A stretch of DNA of 63,946 nucleotides from assembly GCF_001194135.2 (NCBI RefSeq), contig NC_068986.1:114409944-114473889 (forward strand), read 5' to 3'. This document shows, in pieces, positions 38,770 through 51,841 of this stretch (position 1 is the first letter of the stretch; each line of letters opens with the position of its first letter). A model generated the notes under the pieces. The model was given only the letters and a program-made list of their open reading frames with translations, did not search any database and was not told the origin of the DNA. A program made the translations under genes and the position numbers. This DNA comes from Octopus bimaculoides (lineage: Eukaryota).

Positions 38770-39065
38770 TTTTGGCGACAACAAACCTCCTCAAAACGCA
38801 AGATTCTTTCTTAGGATTTCTGCAGTGCACAAGATTGTACCTGCTGCACATTGACATTGTGAGTCTCACTTCCTATAACCTTCAACCTCTTAGGTAGCAG
38901 TTTTAGATATGAGAAGGGCACCAGTTATCACAGGAATAACACTCATCTTATTCTTCTACAATCTCTTCATCTCTCTGACTATGTCTCGATATTTCTCAAT
39001 TATTATGGTATCCACTCTATTATCATATGCTATTGCAAAGTCTATGATATTGAACTTCCAATCAG
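38770..39065 (-). mobile_element. R4/Dong-like RLE C-terminal remnant
   Basis: IIDFAIAYDNRVD..EKYRDIVR..KMSVIPVITGAL..TILCTAEILRKNL. Confidence 0.7.
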
Positions 39066-39131
39066 TTATTATTATTTTTTATTATTATCCTTATTATTAT
39101 TTGTTGTTGTTGTTGTTGTTGTTGTTGTTAA

Positions 39132-39347
39132 GGCGGTGAGCTGGCAGAATCGTTAGCACGCCGGGCGAAATGCTTAGCGGTATTTCGTCTGCCGCTACGT
39201 TCTGGGTTCAAATTCCGTCGAGGTCGACTTTGCCTTTCACCCTTTCGGGGTCGATAAAATAAGTACCAGTTGCGTATTGGGAGTCGATCTAATCGACTGC
39301 CCCCCTCCTCGCCCCGAATTTCAGGCTATGTGCCTGTAGTAGAAAAG
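39132..39347 (+). mobile_element. tRNA-derived SINE family A, best-preserved copy
   Basis: A-box-like tggcagaatcg, B-box-like ggttcaaattcc, body, then start of an (ATT) tail. Confidence 0.9.
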
Positions 39348-39353
39348 ATTATT

Positions 39354-40170
39354 CTCAGGGAAACTCTGGGCGTTGATGAAGATCAACTAACCGGTCTGTT
39401 TCGGAGAACTTTCGGGCCTGGGACTATGGATAACTTCCAGAAATCCCTTGCCTGGCAGTGCTACTCAAGGGCGCTGCCTGTTCGAGATAAACTTTTCAGC
39501 CACGGAAGTGCCGTCAGCCAGGCCTGCCCGAGGTGCAGAACGATGAAACCGTTCTGCACGCCCTAGTCCAGTGCCCAAGTATTGCTGACCTGTCGGTTTA
39601 TATCGAATACCTGCTGTCGCGTGTAGGACGGATCCGGCTATCAACTGAATCCATTGTAAAGATTGCTCCGCTGCCCTCTTTTGGCCGGGAGGGGAAGGTG
39701 ATTTTTATTTGTGTAGTGGTTGTAGCGAAAGAGGTAGTATGGTGGATGCGTTTGAAAGGGCTAAAGACAGGCACTTTCCACTTTGGCCTAGCCCTCATCA
39801 GCTTTTCAAGTTTCACTTGAAAAGGAAGTTGAGGGTGAAGAGGGAAGTGTTGCCTCGTAGCAAGTTTGTTGAAAAGTAGGTGAATGCTGGAAGAATGGCC
39901 AATGTGAAAGGACCAATTCTGAGTGTGCACCTGTAAACAAAAGAAGGGCTCTTGCCCTGCTGATCAGGAACCTGTGGCTTTTATGGATTTTTCCACGAGG
40001 TCCTTGAAGCACCTCCCCAATTCGGAGTTTTAAATTGCTTAATTTTTAATCGTTATTTGTATTGTTTACACGTTGTAAAACCCATTGTATCGTACTGTTT
40101 TTGTCTTTTATGTTGTTGTATGTGTTTTAATGTAGTTTTACGTAAGCTCTTGTGGCCAATAAACGAATTT
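39354..40170 (+). mobile_element. 5'-truncated L1/Tx1-clade LINE (ORF2 C-terminal zinc knuckle, 3' UTR, AATAAA at 40158, (ATT)n tail)
   Basis: LAWQCYSRALPVRDKL..CPRC..ETVLHALVQCP..KEVVWWMR. Confidence 0.8.
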
Positions 40171-40190
40171 ATTATTATTATTATTATTAC

Positions 40191-40233
<43 letters not shown>

Positions 40234-40929
40234 TCAAAGATATATAACTATATCTTCTGTGTCTCCGAGTAAAAACTAATCCCCTCAGGCACTCACACTT
40301 CTAACGAGAAACTGAGTCATTCTCGTTTTTGCAGACACAGAAACGCCTTGAACAACAAAATCTTAATTATTTTTATCAATACTAACAGAAACACTACCCA
40401 CCGGGCAATTTTTTTACTTGTCATCATAAGGATATACATTCTATGTGTGAGCGCACACGATTATGTCTGCAGCAAAGTGTGGGTGAAAAGACAGGCTCCT
40501 TTGGTGGTCCATTCTGTAGATTACATAGTTTGGAAGTGTTTTTCTTCCACACTACAAAGTCATGGCCACTTGAACGGTAGTTTGTTAGCTAGAATTTTAT
40601 GCTGTTTCTCCAACTAGAATTGAGAATTTTTAGTTTGAGTGGATCGCCAAAATCTTTATTGATGTGGATAGTAATTAGAATGGTACAAACTTTTTGTTAC
40701 TGGATCTATCATGTATTTTCTATGTTAGTTTTGAAAACACTATAATGGTTTTCATCCGTGTTTATTTTAATAGCCGTATTGTCTGATGTACTTATTTCGA
40801 TGTATTTGTATCTATAGTATTCTATAGTTGCTCTCTCGGTTTGTTTGAATAACTACTGTAGATTAGTGTTTGTTTTATTCTGTAGATTTATTTATCTAGT
40901 TCTTCGTTTGTCCACAAATCAAGCTATGT

Positions 40930-41420
40930 AATCAATATGATAGAATAATCTTGCATGTGGATAATACATTTGGAAGACCGAGAAATTAAATGAAGAGCTT
41001 GAAAACAATAAACTCCGAACTAAAATTCAACATCCAGAGCAATACAAACAAAACGTCGAGTAATATATTGACTCCATTTCGAGACATAAATATTCAGATC
41101 GAAAATAACGAATATGATACTTCCGTCTACAGCCAAGACACAAAAATAACGCCTGTACTTTCATAGAGACAGCGAATACCCACACATATAAAATGTCATT
41201 GATGAAATACCTATTCAGAAGAATGTAAGTAAAACGCTTGTATTGACATGGAGACAGTGAATTCCGCATAAAGATCTAAAATGTCAAAGAGCACTTAGAA
41301 ACACCTCCACAAACAAATCACTAGAAAGTGAAGCCCGCAGGATAAAATGAAAACTAATTAACGACGAGAATTATATCCAACTAATAGAGCAATACAAAGT
41401 GATAACGAAGTAAGTGACAC
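40930..41420 (+). mobile_element. Decayed Penelope RT palm/thumb fragment
   Basis: PFRDINIQIENNEYDTSVYSQDT..LYFHRDSEYPHIYKMSLMKYLFRR. Confidence 0.7.
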
Positions 41421-41670
41421 TACAGCACAATAAATGCAGACATTACACCTGTTAGAAATATATAAACGAAATATGAAGTGTATATATAAATTAAACGGTA
41501 ATTATAAGAATAGCTGAACACATTATTAATCTTAATATATTAATAATATAACGCATTACAGTAAACCATAAGTCAACAAATTATGCGACAAAAAAAAAAC
41601 TAAAATTAAGAATTTTCTAATCAGTAACAAACCATCAGAACGTGATATTATCTAAAGCTTCTAATGACTA

Positions 41671-42101
41671 ACTCTTACTCTTTTACTCTTTAGTCGAGCA
41701 AATCGACCCCAGGACATGTACTTTGTAAGCCTAGTACNNNNNNNNNNNNNNNNNNNNNNNNNNNNNNNNNNNNNNNNNNNNNNNNNNNNNNNNNNNNNNN
41801 NNNNNNNNNNNNNNNNNNNNNNNNNNNNNNNNNNNNNNNNNNNNNNNNNNNNNNNNNNNNNNNNNNNNNNNNNNNNNNNNNNNNNNNNNNNNNNNNNNNN
41901 NNNNNNNNNNATATATATATATATATATACATATTAACGACGGGCTTCTTTCAGTTTCTGTCTACCAAATTCACTCACAAGGCTTTGGTCGGCTCGAGGC
42001 TATAGTAGAAGACACTTGGCCAAGGTGCCACGCAATGGGACTGAACCCGGAACCATGCGGTTCGTAAGCAAGCTACTTACCACACAGCCACTTCTACGCC
42101 T
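41671..42101 (-). mobile_element. tRNA-derived SINE family B, with its internal microsatellite collapsed into a gap
   Basis: Head ggcgtagaagtggctgtgtggtaag..gggttcagtccc, then caccttggccaagtg; (aaagagt)n tail. Confidence 0.85.
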
Positions 42102-42298
42102 AATTTTTTAATTCGATTGCAAAAGTGAATGTTGTAACTTGCACAGCTTCATCAGTTATATTGGTCATACGCATACGGCATTCTCCTGCCGACTTACTAT
42201 GCACAATCAATAGCGAGGAACTGAAATGCCTTGCATCACACAACTTAAAAGAAGACTAGAAGGAAAACATCAATGGACAATACATCCATGCTCTAGAG

Positions 42299-42614
42299 CA
42301 AGGATTCTTAACCATTTTTACCTATGGACACTTTGATTGTTATTTTACTCTGGTGGACCCCAAAGTAATTTGATGCTTTTAAAACTAGTTTATAGAAATT
42401 TCTTTCAAAATTCCTATTTTGCTTTTCCTACACTAACTTGGGTCGGTTGAACTATGTGAAATATTAGAGGAAGAAACATAGCGGTTTCTTGCAATAAATA
42501 CATCTAAATCAAAATTTTTTCATAGACCTTTAAAATACTCTGTCGACCCCCAATTTACTATTTTTCTGCGTGGACCCCCACAGATCTTATATGGACCCCA
42601 GTTGAGAACCATTG
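42299..42614. mobile_element. hAT/Charlie-type MITE (316 bp)
   Basis: Perfect 8-bp TSD CTCTAGAG at 42291-42298 and 42615-42622 (fits the NTCTAGAN target); TIRs caaggattcttaac / gttgagaaccattg. Confidence 0.9.
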
Positions 42615-42679
42615 CTCTAGAGAATTACTCACAAAAATAGATAGATGATTAATAATGGAAGCAAAACTCAAAGTTAAAA

Positions 42680-43060
42680 CATGATGGCACTCCGTCGGTT
42701 ACGACGATGAGTGTTCCAGTTGATCCGATCAACGGAACAGCCTGCTAAGAAATTAACATGCAAGTGGCTGAGCACTCCACAGACACGTGTGCCCTTAACG
42801 TAGTTCTCAGGGAGATTCAGCATGACACAGAGTGTGACAAGGCTGGCTCCTTTTAAATACAGGTAGAACAGGACCGGGAAGAGAGAGTGAGAGAAAGTTG
42901 TGGTGAGAGAGTACAGCAGGGTTCTACCCCCCACCCCCGAAGCCTCGTGGAGCTTTAGGTATTTTCGCTCAATAAACACTCACAACGCCGGTCTGGGAAT
43001 CGAAACCGCGATCCTGAGACCGCGAGTCCGCTGCCCTAACCACTGGGCCATTGCGCCTCC
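42680..43060 (-). mobile_element. tRNA-derived SINE family D
   Basis: Head ggaggcgcaatggcccagtggttaggg..gtttcgattccc followed by a ~300-bp body. Confidence 0.85.
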
Positions 43061-45479
43061 ATATAGTTAAAATATACAACACTAAAATAAATACAGTAAT
43101 AACATAAATGAATCACAAAGAAAAATTCACAACTGACTGATGATGGATAACTCTAACAGTGGAAACTCCAAAGGGCTACAGTAATGTCTACAGCAATTGT
43201 ATTGGTCCTAATTAATATTGAAGACCATGCAGCACATACCAACCTTGTTTCACCCCAAATATGAAATCGTGAAATCCTAAATTTTATAACTTTACTGCAA
43301 AGATATCGTACGGATATATATAGAAAAAAAAACTTCAAAATTATAAGCTGGTACACACAGGTGTGTTTCTGTATATATTGAAAAGAAAAGGGGGTTTCAT
43401 GTCTGTGGATGGATGGATGGATGGATGGATGGATGGATGGATGGGTGGATGGATGGATAGAGGGATGGATGGATGGATGGTAAATGGTTGGATAAAACAT
43501 TCAGGTACATGAAAATGTAATCCAGTGCTGGTGAAACATGAAGTTGATTGTTATTCAAATTAAGATGCCTAAAGAAGTAAGTAAACACTAATTTATTCCA
43601 TGAATTACACAATTTCTTATGTAATCTATAATAAATAAGAAGAGCGAAATACTTTCTATCCATCTCAGTCCCCTGCAGCTCAGTCCACATTTGCTCTGCA
43701 TAAACATATTAAGCGTTTTTGGAATCAGAATGAGCTCAGGATTGAAAATCTACCCTTCATTTGGTTCTTGAACATCCAGCATTGGGATCTGATTTAAAAG
43801 CATTTGGGTTACTATTTCTAGCAGGCAAAGCTTGGCTGATTCAGAGATTAAGGGGGAGATCAATGAGATTTGCTTCGTAAATTTTACGTCGAGATAAGAA
43901 CTTTGGGACAAATTGGCCAACTGTTGGAATTCCACTTGGGACTGGAACAATAGAATGACTGCACTACAGAATTAATTTTCATCCGTCCTTAACCTCTGAT
44001 CAGATACCACCTGGTCATATAGTCATTATAGACGTATTATAGTCATGCCGTTTAGTTCTCTTTAATTTTGGACCGAAAGAGCTAACTTAAAAGTCCACAC
44101 GGAGTGTGTCTTTTAATTTAGTATGAAATAAATGGCATTCGTTTATTGAAACGTACGNNNNNNNNNNNNNNNNNNNGTGTGTGTGTGTGTGTGTGTGAAT
44201 GCTCTATGCCGAGTTACACTTAAAATTTCAGCTTCGACTAAATTTTACACCAATATTCTCCTCTTCTTCTTGTAATTATATACAAAACCATGTATTTATT
44301 CATTCATTGCGCATCTTTTACTAGTAGAACATTTAATACAAAACGAGTAACAAAGATAGAACACGAACTTTCACCCAATGAACTTTCACCCACCCACCCC
44401 CCTCCTCACACCTCTAAAAGAAATCACTACCATGCTGTCACAAAAATATTACCCAAAATTCCTCTTAAACGTAACTGAAATTTCCATTCAAAAGATCGTT
44501 GCGAAGTTAAACAAATAACGATAAGAGCAAATTAGATTCCATTACTTTTGTGGCAAAAGAGATTGCAATTAGCTTCAATATAATCGATGGAATTGAAATT
44601 TTAGTGCTAAAGAAACCATTTAATACCTTTAAGGTTCCAAAATTAATTTTCTAAGGAACCCATCCACAAAATTTATTAACCCTACAAAAAGTCAATTAAA
44701 TATCATCAACAAATCGTTCTAGATAAAACCAAAACTTAAAAGTCTTTCTGTTTACTACTATGAAGAAATAGTATGTTAGATATAAAGTGCTGTAGTTAAC
44801 ACTGATAATAAACTGCAGCATACACTCCCCCAGTTTGGTATCATTATTTATTAACCATCAATTACCAAACCAATATTCCATTAAAAATAAAGAAAAGCGT
44901 TAACTTTCCCTACCAGTAAATCAGAAATTAAGCTAATTATGAACAGAATAAAAGCTATATTATACTTCGACAACATGGAGGCAAAATATTCGGCGGAAAT
45001 GTTTGAAATAATCCGCCTTTATATGTGACAATTACAGGGTTTATGTACGTGTACATGTGTGTGTGTGTGTGTGTGTGTGTTGCTTTGTGTGTATGTGCAT
45101 GCATGCGAAAGCACACACACACACACACACACATTTCGTAGAAAGAAAAGCAGCAAAACGAAGGAAATATCTTCATTTACATAGAAGATCAAAAATAAAA
45201 TCACAGATGCAAAAAAGAAACAAACACGCAGTACAGCGAGAAAAGTATTGAAAATAACTGTTAACAAATATGGATGTATAACGCCCTCGCGCTAGCTGCA
45301 TGGCGCGTGTACTCTCGCTCATACAAGCATCCGCAAAAACGTAAGTATATGCACACGTGTGCTTTGGTGCACTCACGATCATAAAGCGAGTTAAATATCT
45401 ACTTGGTGTTTATAAGAATGGGAAGGTTAAAACTAAACTTAATTCATTCAAGCCTTAAAGTAAATTATGTTAGCAGTTA

Positions 45480-46270
45480 CTCAAATTCATTCTCACTGCA
45501 TTGTACGAAAGTACATTTATATGCATGTAGGCATCTTGAGAGTCTTTCAGAAATTCTATAAATGAACTTCTCATTAATCCACAGAATAGACAGAGATTCC
45601 TCGGAGCAGAGACGGCATCTCCTGAAAATGATATTGTATGGTTTCGCGTGCCTTACTATGGACCAAGTTATGTTGTACTTAATCTTATCCTCCTTCAGTT
45701 GCCATACAAAATCGGCCAAAGATGTTGCATGTCTCTTATTGATTGTCTTAAAGCTGGAGACATGGTTAGGATAACGATACTTAAATGAATTAGCCGTCTG
45801 TCGAATGTAAGCATACGGCCTTCCCCTTGTGTGCAAGGTACATTTATATACAAGATTTGTACTCATACAGAGGTTCATCAATGGGCATTTTGATTTTTCT
45901 CTGTACGAGCATTTATCACATTTGTATATAAGGCAGTTCCGATTCCATTATATGATACAGCTATGATACCGTGTTAGCTGTATCATAAGCATTTCTACAA
46001 TTACAATTTGGCCATAATTGGTGCTTTTCATTGTGGTTAACATTTCCTTTGTTGGTATTTAGATGCGTGTGTTCGCTAGATCCAGTAGATGGGTTATTGA
46101 AACTGTCGCATTTTATTATTGTCTATGCGGTGCATAAGCTGCTCTAAATTAGCAGAGTTAGCGTAGGATACCTTTACGGTGTGCCAATTAAATATAGTTG
46201 CTGAGTGTCCCGCCCGTGAGGGATCAATGCTAGATATGTCGAAACAATTGTCGTGATTAATAATAAATTC
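45480..46270 (-). mobile_element. Penelope-like element: RT thumb plus GIY-YIG endonuclease, decayed
   Basis: IFNWHTVKVSY; NLVYKC..YIRQTANSFKYRYPNHVSSFK..TSLADFVWQLKE..W.IV..AKPY..CRLC.EE. Confidence 0.9.
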
Positions 46271-46293
46271 TCGTATATTCCATCTTCCGTCTT

Positions 46294-46335
<42 letters not shown>

Positions 46336-46436
46336 TAATCTAAAATATATCCATGCAAGACAACCTGATTCCAGGATAGAGAGCTGCACTTATTGAGACG
46401 TGCTCCTCAGATCCAACTTAACAACCATCGAAGAAC

Positions 46437-46769
46437 ATGTCATTAATAAAAATCAATGATGGGTGGGCACCCAGCGGAATTTTGAAAAAGAAACTGTTAA
46501 AGGTGGATGAGCTCCATGAGACCGAACAGAACTCATATCCTGGGCTACCGGAATTACAAACTTCAAAGGAAATTACACCAGTATTCTGTACCAGGCCAGT
46601 CAGGGTTCGGGTTCTAAACGAGCCCGAGAGCAGGAGAGCCAGGGTACAAATTGACTTGACGGGCAGTGAAATTAATCGCTCGCTCGGTTTAATACTGTCA
46701 TTTGGTTCTTTAGTACTTTTGGTGAAATCTGCTCTGCTGCGGACATTAAGGGATCCAGTCTCAGGATAA
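46437..46769 (+). CDS. Unassigned 110-aa ORF in unique sequence
   Basis: ATG to stop, non-repetitive, GC-richer than flanks; the antisense in-register frame is also open, so strand is uncertain. Confidence 0.3.
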   Translation: MSLIKINDGWAPSGILKKKLLKVDELHETEQNSYPGLPELQTSKEITPVFCTRPVRVRVLNEPESRRARVQIDLTGSEINRSLGLILSFGSLVLLVKSALLRTLRDPVSG

Positions 46770-47871
46770 ACTGATGTTTTCAGTTATACTACTTCTTAGC
46801 AGTTTGGCTTTTTGAGTTGTGATTCCTTTCTCCCTTTCATCTAATATTATTGTAATCCCTCCAAATAGTTATGGTCTTTGTACCTCATCCTTTCTGTCTC
46901 TCAACTTAGTGTCTTGACGTATTTTATTTCCATTTAAGTTCTAAATCCTAGTCCTCTGGAGGTCAACTCCAGTTTTCGTCCCTTCAGATCCAGTAAAATT
47001 AGCATCAATCAAGTACTGGAGTGAAACAGATCCGCTTCTGTATCCTCCAAAATATGTAGCTCCATCTGGCCAAGTAGCAGCAGTATGTGTGTAAAGGTAT
47101 AGAAAACTTTAGACAATGCATCCAACTCTTCTTTTTCCAGATCTTTCAGTTACTTAAAGGATTTCCAAGTGAGGATTTCGGAAGAACTAAACAGAAACAC
47201 TTTTAGCTTTCACTAAAGTCATACGTGTGCATGTGTGTGTGTGTATGTGTGTGCGTGTGCGCGTGATCCTGCAAAACAAAGAATAAAAGAACGAGGCGAG
47301 AAAGGGTAACAAGCAATGAACGGGTGATACGCATACAGCTATACTGTCTCCCCCCCTCTCTCTCTCTCTCCCTCTATATATAAACATACACATTTACACA
47401 CACACACATACATATATATATGCATACACAAATATATATACACATACACACATATACACATACATACAGAAAGAGAGGGAGGATGAAAGAGAGAGAGGGA
47501 GAAAAAGAAAGGCACAGAGAAACAGGCAGACAGATAAAGAAAGAGATTATAGATTAACGGGTAAACCGTGAGTGAAGGTGGTGGGCTGAACGCCTGATAA
47601 GCGGAGAGGCAGCGGTGAGGTGAGTATCATACTCGGATCAGCAGCATCCGACGACTATGATTCGTGACGTAACCAGAAGTAAGATGCGGTAATAGCAAGC
47701 CTACCGGATGTTGTAGGAAGGTGAGTGTTACGTAGATCGCCCTATGACGTCAATTGCAAATGGAAAAAGCTACGCTATAAATAAGACAGGCTTCGACTCG
47801 TTTGTGAGTGCGAGAATGGATGTGGATATATATGCGTGTGTGCTTTGTGTGCACGTGTGTTCACAAATATA

Positions 47872-47917
<46 letters not shown>

Positions 47918-48213
47918 CGCCAACCTCCCGTGTATGTATATATATATATATNNNNNNNNNNNNNNNNNNNNNNNNNNNNNNNNNNNNNNNNNNNNNNNNN
48001 NNNNNNNNNNNNNNNNNNNNNNNNNNNNNNNNNNNNNNNNNNNNNNNNNNNNNNNNNNNNNNNNNNNNNNNNNNNNNNNNNNNNNNNNNNNNNNNNNNNN
48101 NNNNNNNNNNNNNNNNNNNNNNNNNNNNNNNNNNNNNNNNNNNNNNNNNNNNNNNNNNNNNNNNNNNNNNNNNNNNNNNNNNNNNNNNNNNNNNNNNNNN
48201 NNNNNNNNNNNNN

Positions 48214-48269
<56 letters not shown>

Positions 48270-48469
48270 GCGTGTGCGTGTGCGTGTGTGTGTATGTATG
48301 TATACACATGCACACATTATATATACGCATATATTCATATTGTATATGCGCGTGTGCATGCATTACTATACACACATATATAAACATATGCATATACATG
48401 TGTGTGCATGTGTGTGTGTGCATGTGTGTGTGTGTGTGTGTGTGTGTGTACAGACGCGCGCGCATGGTC

Positions 48470-48720
48470 CGGCTAAGCTATAGCAGCGTAGATTCTCTCA
48501 CTGTTTCCTCCCAGACGTCGGCCGGCGAAACAATCGCCACAGCTTATGACGTCGAGTGAACTTTTGGCAGACTTTTGCTCAACGAATTCTACACCATGCT
48601 AGAATCCTAGGAATTACGTGAGAACCAGCTGAAGTTGCTTCAGCACTCTGATCTGTCAGCCATTAATGTATGTGTGCCTCAATACAATACTTAAACCACT
48701 TCTTTTCTTTGCCTTCACAG
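48470..48720 (+). mobile_element. Decayed CR1/Jockey-group RT fragment
   Basis: GETIATAYDVE*TFGRL..SAINVCVPQYNT*TTSFL resembles ALDI.KAFD and GVPQGS.L.P.LF. Confidence 0.45.
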
Positions 48721-49499
48721 CTTAGCCAAAACCTGTGTACCTCTAAGTTGACGATTCCATGCTGTTTATAAGAGTTAGGTCGGCAGGACAAAGCTAGAAG
48801 GCAGTAGTTCTACTTAGGAAAAGTACATCTTGAGGGTTAAAATTTACCGACGATAGCAAAGCAGCTTGAGATTCTAAATGGACATAATCATAAACATAAT
48901 CATAGTATGGAGCAAAATATATCTCTAATATACACACATAAAATCTCACACTCGCAGATGCACACACTTATACACGCAGAGATTTGGAACAATTAGAAAA
49001 ATTGTAGTCAAGTTGGACATTACAATTCCGAAATTTCTGGAATGTGCCAGCCTGCGCTTGATAAAGGCTTCACGAATTCATTGCATTTGATGGACCTGAT
49101 GCTGCAACAAAAAAAAACCCTTGGCATCAACTGCTTACAAGAGAAGACAGGTTGGTGCAGGATGCATATAGTGCATATAAGTTACTACTCATTAGAAAGC
49201 AGGTAATGCTTTGTGTGTAGTATTATGTGTACCTGCGCTTGTGTATGATTTTGAGTGTGTGTGTGTATGTGTGTGTATGATTGTATCTATTTTGGCGTTG
49301 AGCTATACTATAAATACTATATACGCTAAATATTTTCACTATTGTAGTTTATTTTTGTGAGGAATCATCGTAGAGTACTCATGTACCGTCTGCTAAGGTT
49401 TTCTTCAGTTGTTTTGTCTTGAAGTTGCACCTTGTTGTAAGAGCATGGTAAGCCGATCAGAGAGAGTGTCATATTTGTGTGGATAATATTGGCTTTAAG

Positions 49500-49695
49500 T
49501 TTTCGCACAAAACCAGCAACTTAAGGGGAGAGAATAAGTCGGTTATATCGACCCTGGTATTCAGCCGGCACTTATTTTACTGATCCTGAAAGGTAAAGTC
49601 AACCTCAGCGGAATTTGAACTGAGAACGTAAAGGCGGGCGAAATAGGGCCGAGCATTTCGCCTGGGTATGCTAACGATTCTACCAGCTCACTGCC
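49500..49695 (-). mobile_element. SINE family A
   Basis: Reverse complement begins ggcagtgagctggtagaatcgttagc; contains cagttcaaattccgc. Confidence 0.8.
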
Positions 49696-49759
49696 TTATT
49701 CATATGGAGAATATTAGTAGTTGATATTGTGAAGTTTACAACTTTCGTGCTTGCAATCA

Positions 49760-50500
49760 AATTCATAAATCACATTGAACATTACTAGCTATTCCTACAA
49801 GTACATGCATGTAGTTTCTTATTGAAACGAGGGTTTCTAACATATATATTTTGTAAAATATTACAAGTATTAGTTTACAGCTTGAGGAAATGCACTTCGT
49901 GTTCTCGCTTTTGATTACACGCTTATTTATTCTATAGTTATTATGCATTTGCTTCACATTTTGTGTGGATTGTGTCTTTTCAAAAAGCGTGCTATCAGAC
50001 TTATTTATTGCGCTCCATTTGTATTTATATTAAGTCTATTGATTGGTGACCTACCAGTTTGTGTGAATCCGTTGATGTTTATTTTATTGCATGTGTTTCT
50101 TTATCGAATAGTCGTGATTATTTTTAAAGAATCTTCTTTTATAGGGATTTCACCTCCAATTTTGTGTCAGTGTAGACATTCGCTGTCTTTGTGTAAGCTT
50201 ATGCATTTATTTGTAGCATTAGTGCAAACGAATGTGTTGCCTCTGTTATTTTCCAATTGTTTATATCTAGAAACGGAGGCATTGAATAGTTTTGTTTTAT
50301 TTGTACTATTCTGGGTGTTGTACTTTTGTAGATGTTTTCTATGTCTTTTTATTTTCGACCTCTTTTCATATGCTTACCACAACGAGAATATCATCCATAT
50401 ATCTGTAGGATGTTGTATATTCATGAATTGGTACCACCTTTTCTTTTTCGGTCCTGTAAAATGCCCTGAGACTATTACATCCTTTTGCTTATGGACTACA
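49760..50500 (-). mobile_element. Decayed Penelope RT, same family as 40930-41420
   Basis: YRYMDDILVV, PFLDI and LHKDSEC motifs; the 229-aa plus ORF 49943-50632 is its antisense shadow. Confidence 0.75.
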
Positions 50501-50531
50501 TCTTTTCTCTTGTTGCCAGTGAGTGGTGGTG

Positions 50532-50583
<52 letters not shown>

Positions 50584-51804
50584 CAGTAGTAGTAGCAGTA
50601 GTAGTGGTAGTAGTAGTAGTAGTAATGGATAAGGGTGTTGTTGTAATCAGTCAAGGTAACAGGCACAAAACAATGAATGTCCAGTGAGTGACATATGACA
50701 AGAATGTTATTGTGAATTCACAGGGTGGCGATAGTCATGCCGGTGGGTGTAGTAGTAGTAGTAGTAGTAGTGATAGACAAGCTGACAAACAGATAGATGA
50801 TAGATAGATACATACATACATATATATATACATACATAAGTAGATAGACAGACAGTTTGTCTATCTGTCTGCGCGCGCGCGTGTGTGTGTCTGTATGTCT
50901 GTGTGTCTGTGTGTATATTTGTTATTGTATCCTTCAAACTGTCAAGTATACATTAGGAGTAACATAGTAACATAAATACAAAGGCAATTGCACCACTACT
51001 ACCACCAAATTACGACCACTACAACTACCACCAACAGACTGCCAACACCACAACCATCACACTATGATTGGCACTGCCACTACCACTATCCACACCACCA
51101 GCACCACCAGTGCGACTGCAGTACCACAAACAGCAGCTCCACCATATCCACTACCATATCATCATCATCATCATCAACAATGCTCTTCCCCTAATAATCG
51201 TTCCGCCTCTTCTACCACTAAACTCCTTCTGCCTCCGCCACAATCCACACCACTGCTGCCACTATAAACTTCTCTTCGACCCCCATCCATCCCAACGCCA
51301 CCATTATGCATCCATCCAACCATCACATCTACAACCACCTCGCTATTACCCCCATCAACAATCTCACTGTCACTACCATCCACCCTTCTGTCATCCCCAT
51401 ATGTCCACTTCCACCTTTATCCACCCCATATCCTCCATCAACTGCCGAGGTACTTGATGGTGGAAGTGGAGTGAATAAAAGTGGGGGTGCCACTACGATC
51501 CACCCCGGTGCCGCCATTATTCTCTTCCACAATAATCCTTCCACAACTACACCTCCACCATCGTCTTTTCACTTCCACCGCTATCTCCACCACTTCAACC
51601 GTAATCCACCCCCAATAGCTCCTATCATCTACCCCACTTCCGCCATTATCCACCCACTTCCAATCTTCTTCACTACTACCATCATCGTTAACGACGACAC
51701 TGGATTCTATCTTGAAAGTGTCAATCGTTAAAATGTGTCATAACGTAACCAGTGTGTCATTGTGTCACCATATACAGCCAGTGTGTCATTGTGTCACCAT
51801 GTCA

Positions 51805-51841
<37 letters not shown>

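Noticed and set aside
39132-39215. tRNA gene (also other SINE heads)
   Set aside because: A/B boxes continue into repeated SINE bodies; no cloverleaf
49943-50632. 229-aa hydrophobic ORF resembling a membrane protein
   Set aside because: Antisense shadow of an A-rich Penelope RT (YMDD on the minus strand)
51064-51731. Thr/Pro/His-rich mucin-like ORFs (also 54565-54903, 58688-60192)
   Set aside because: Several frames on both strands are open because of trinucleotide mosaics; no splice support
51750-51808. 28-bp repeat pair as a CRISPR-like array
   Set aside because: Two adjacent copies, no spacers, eukaryotic context
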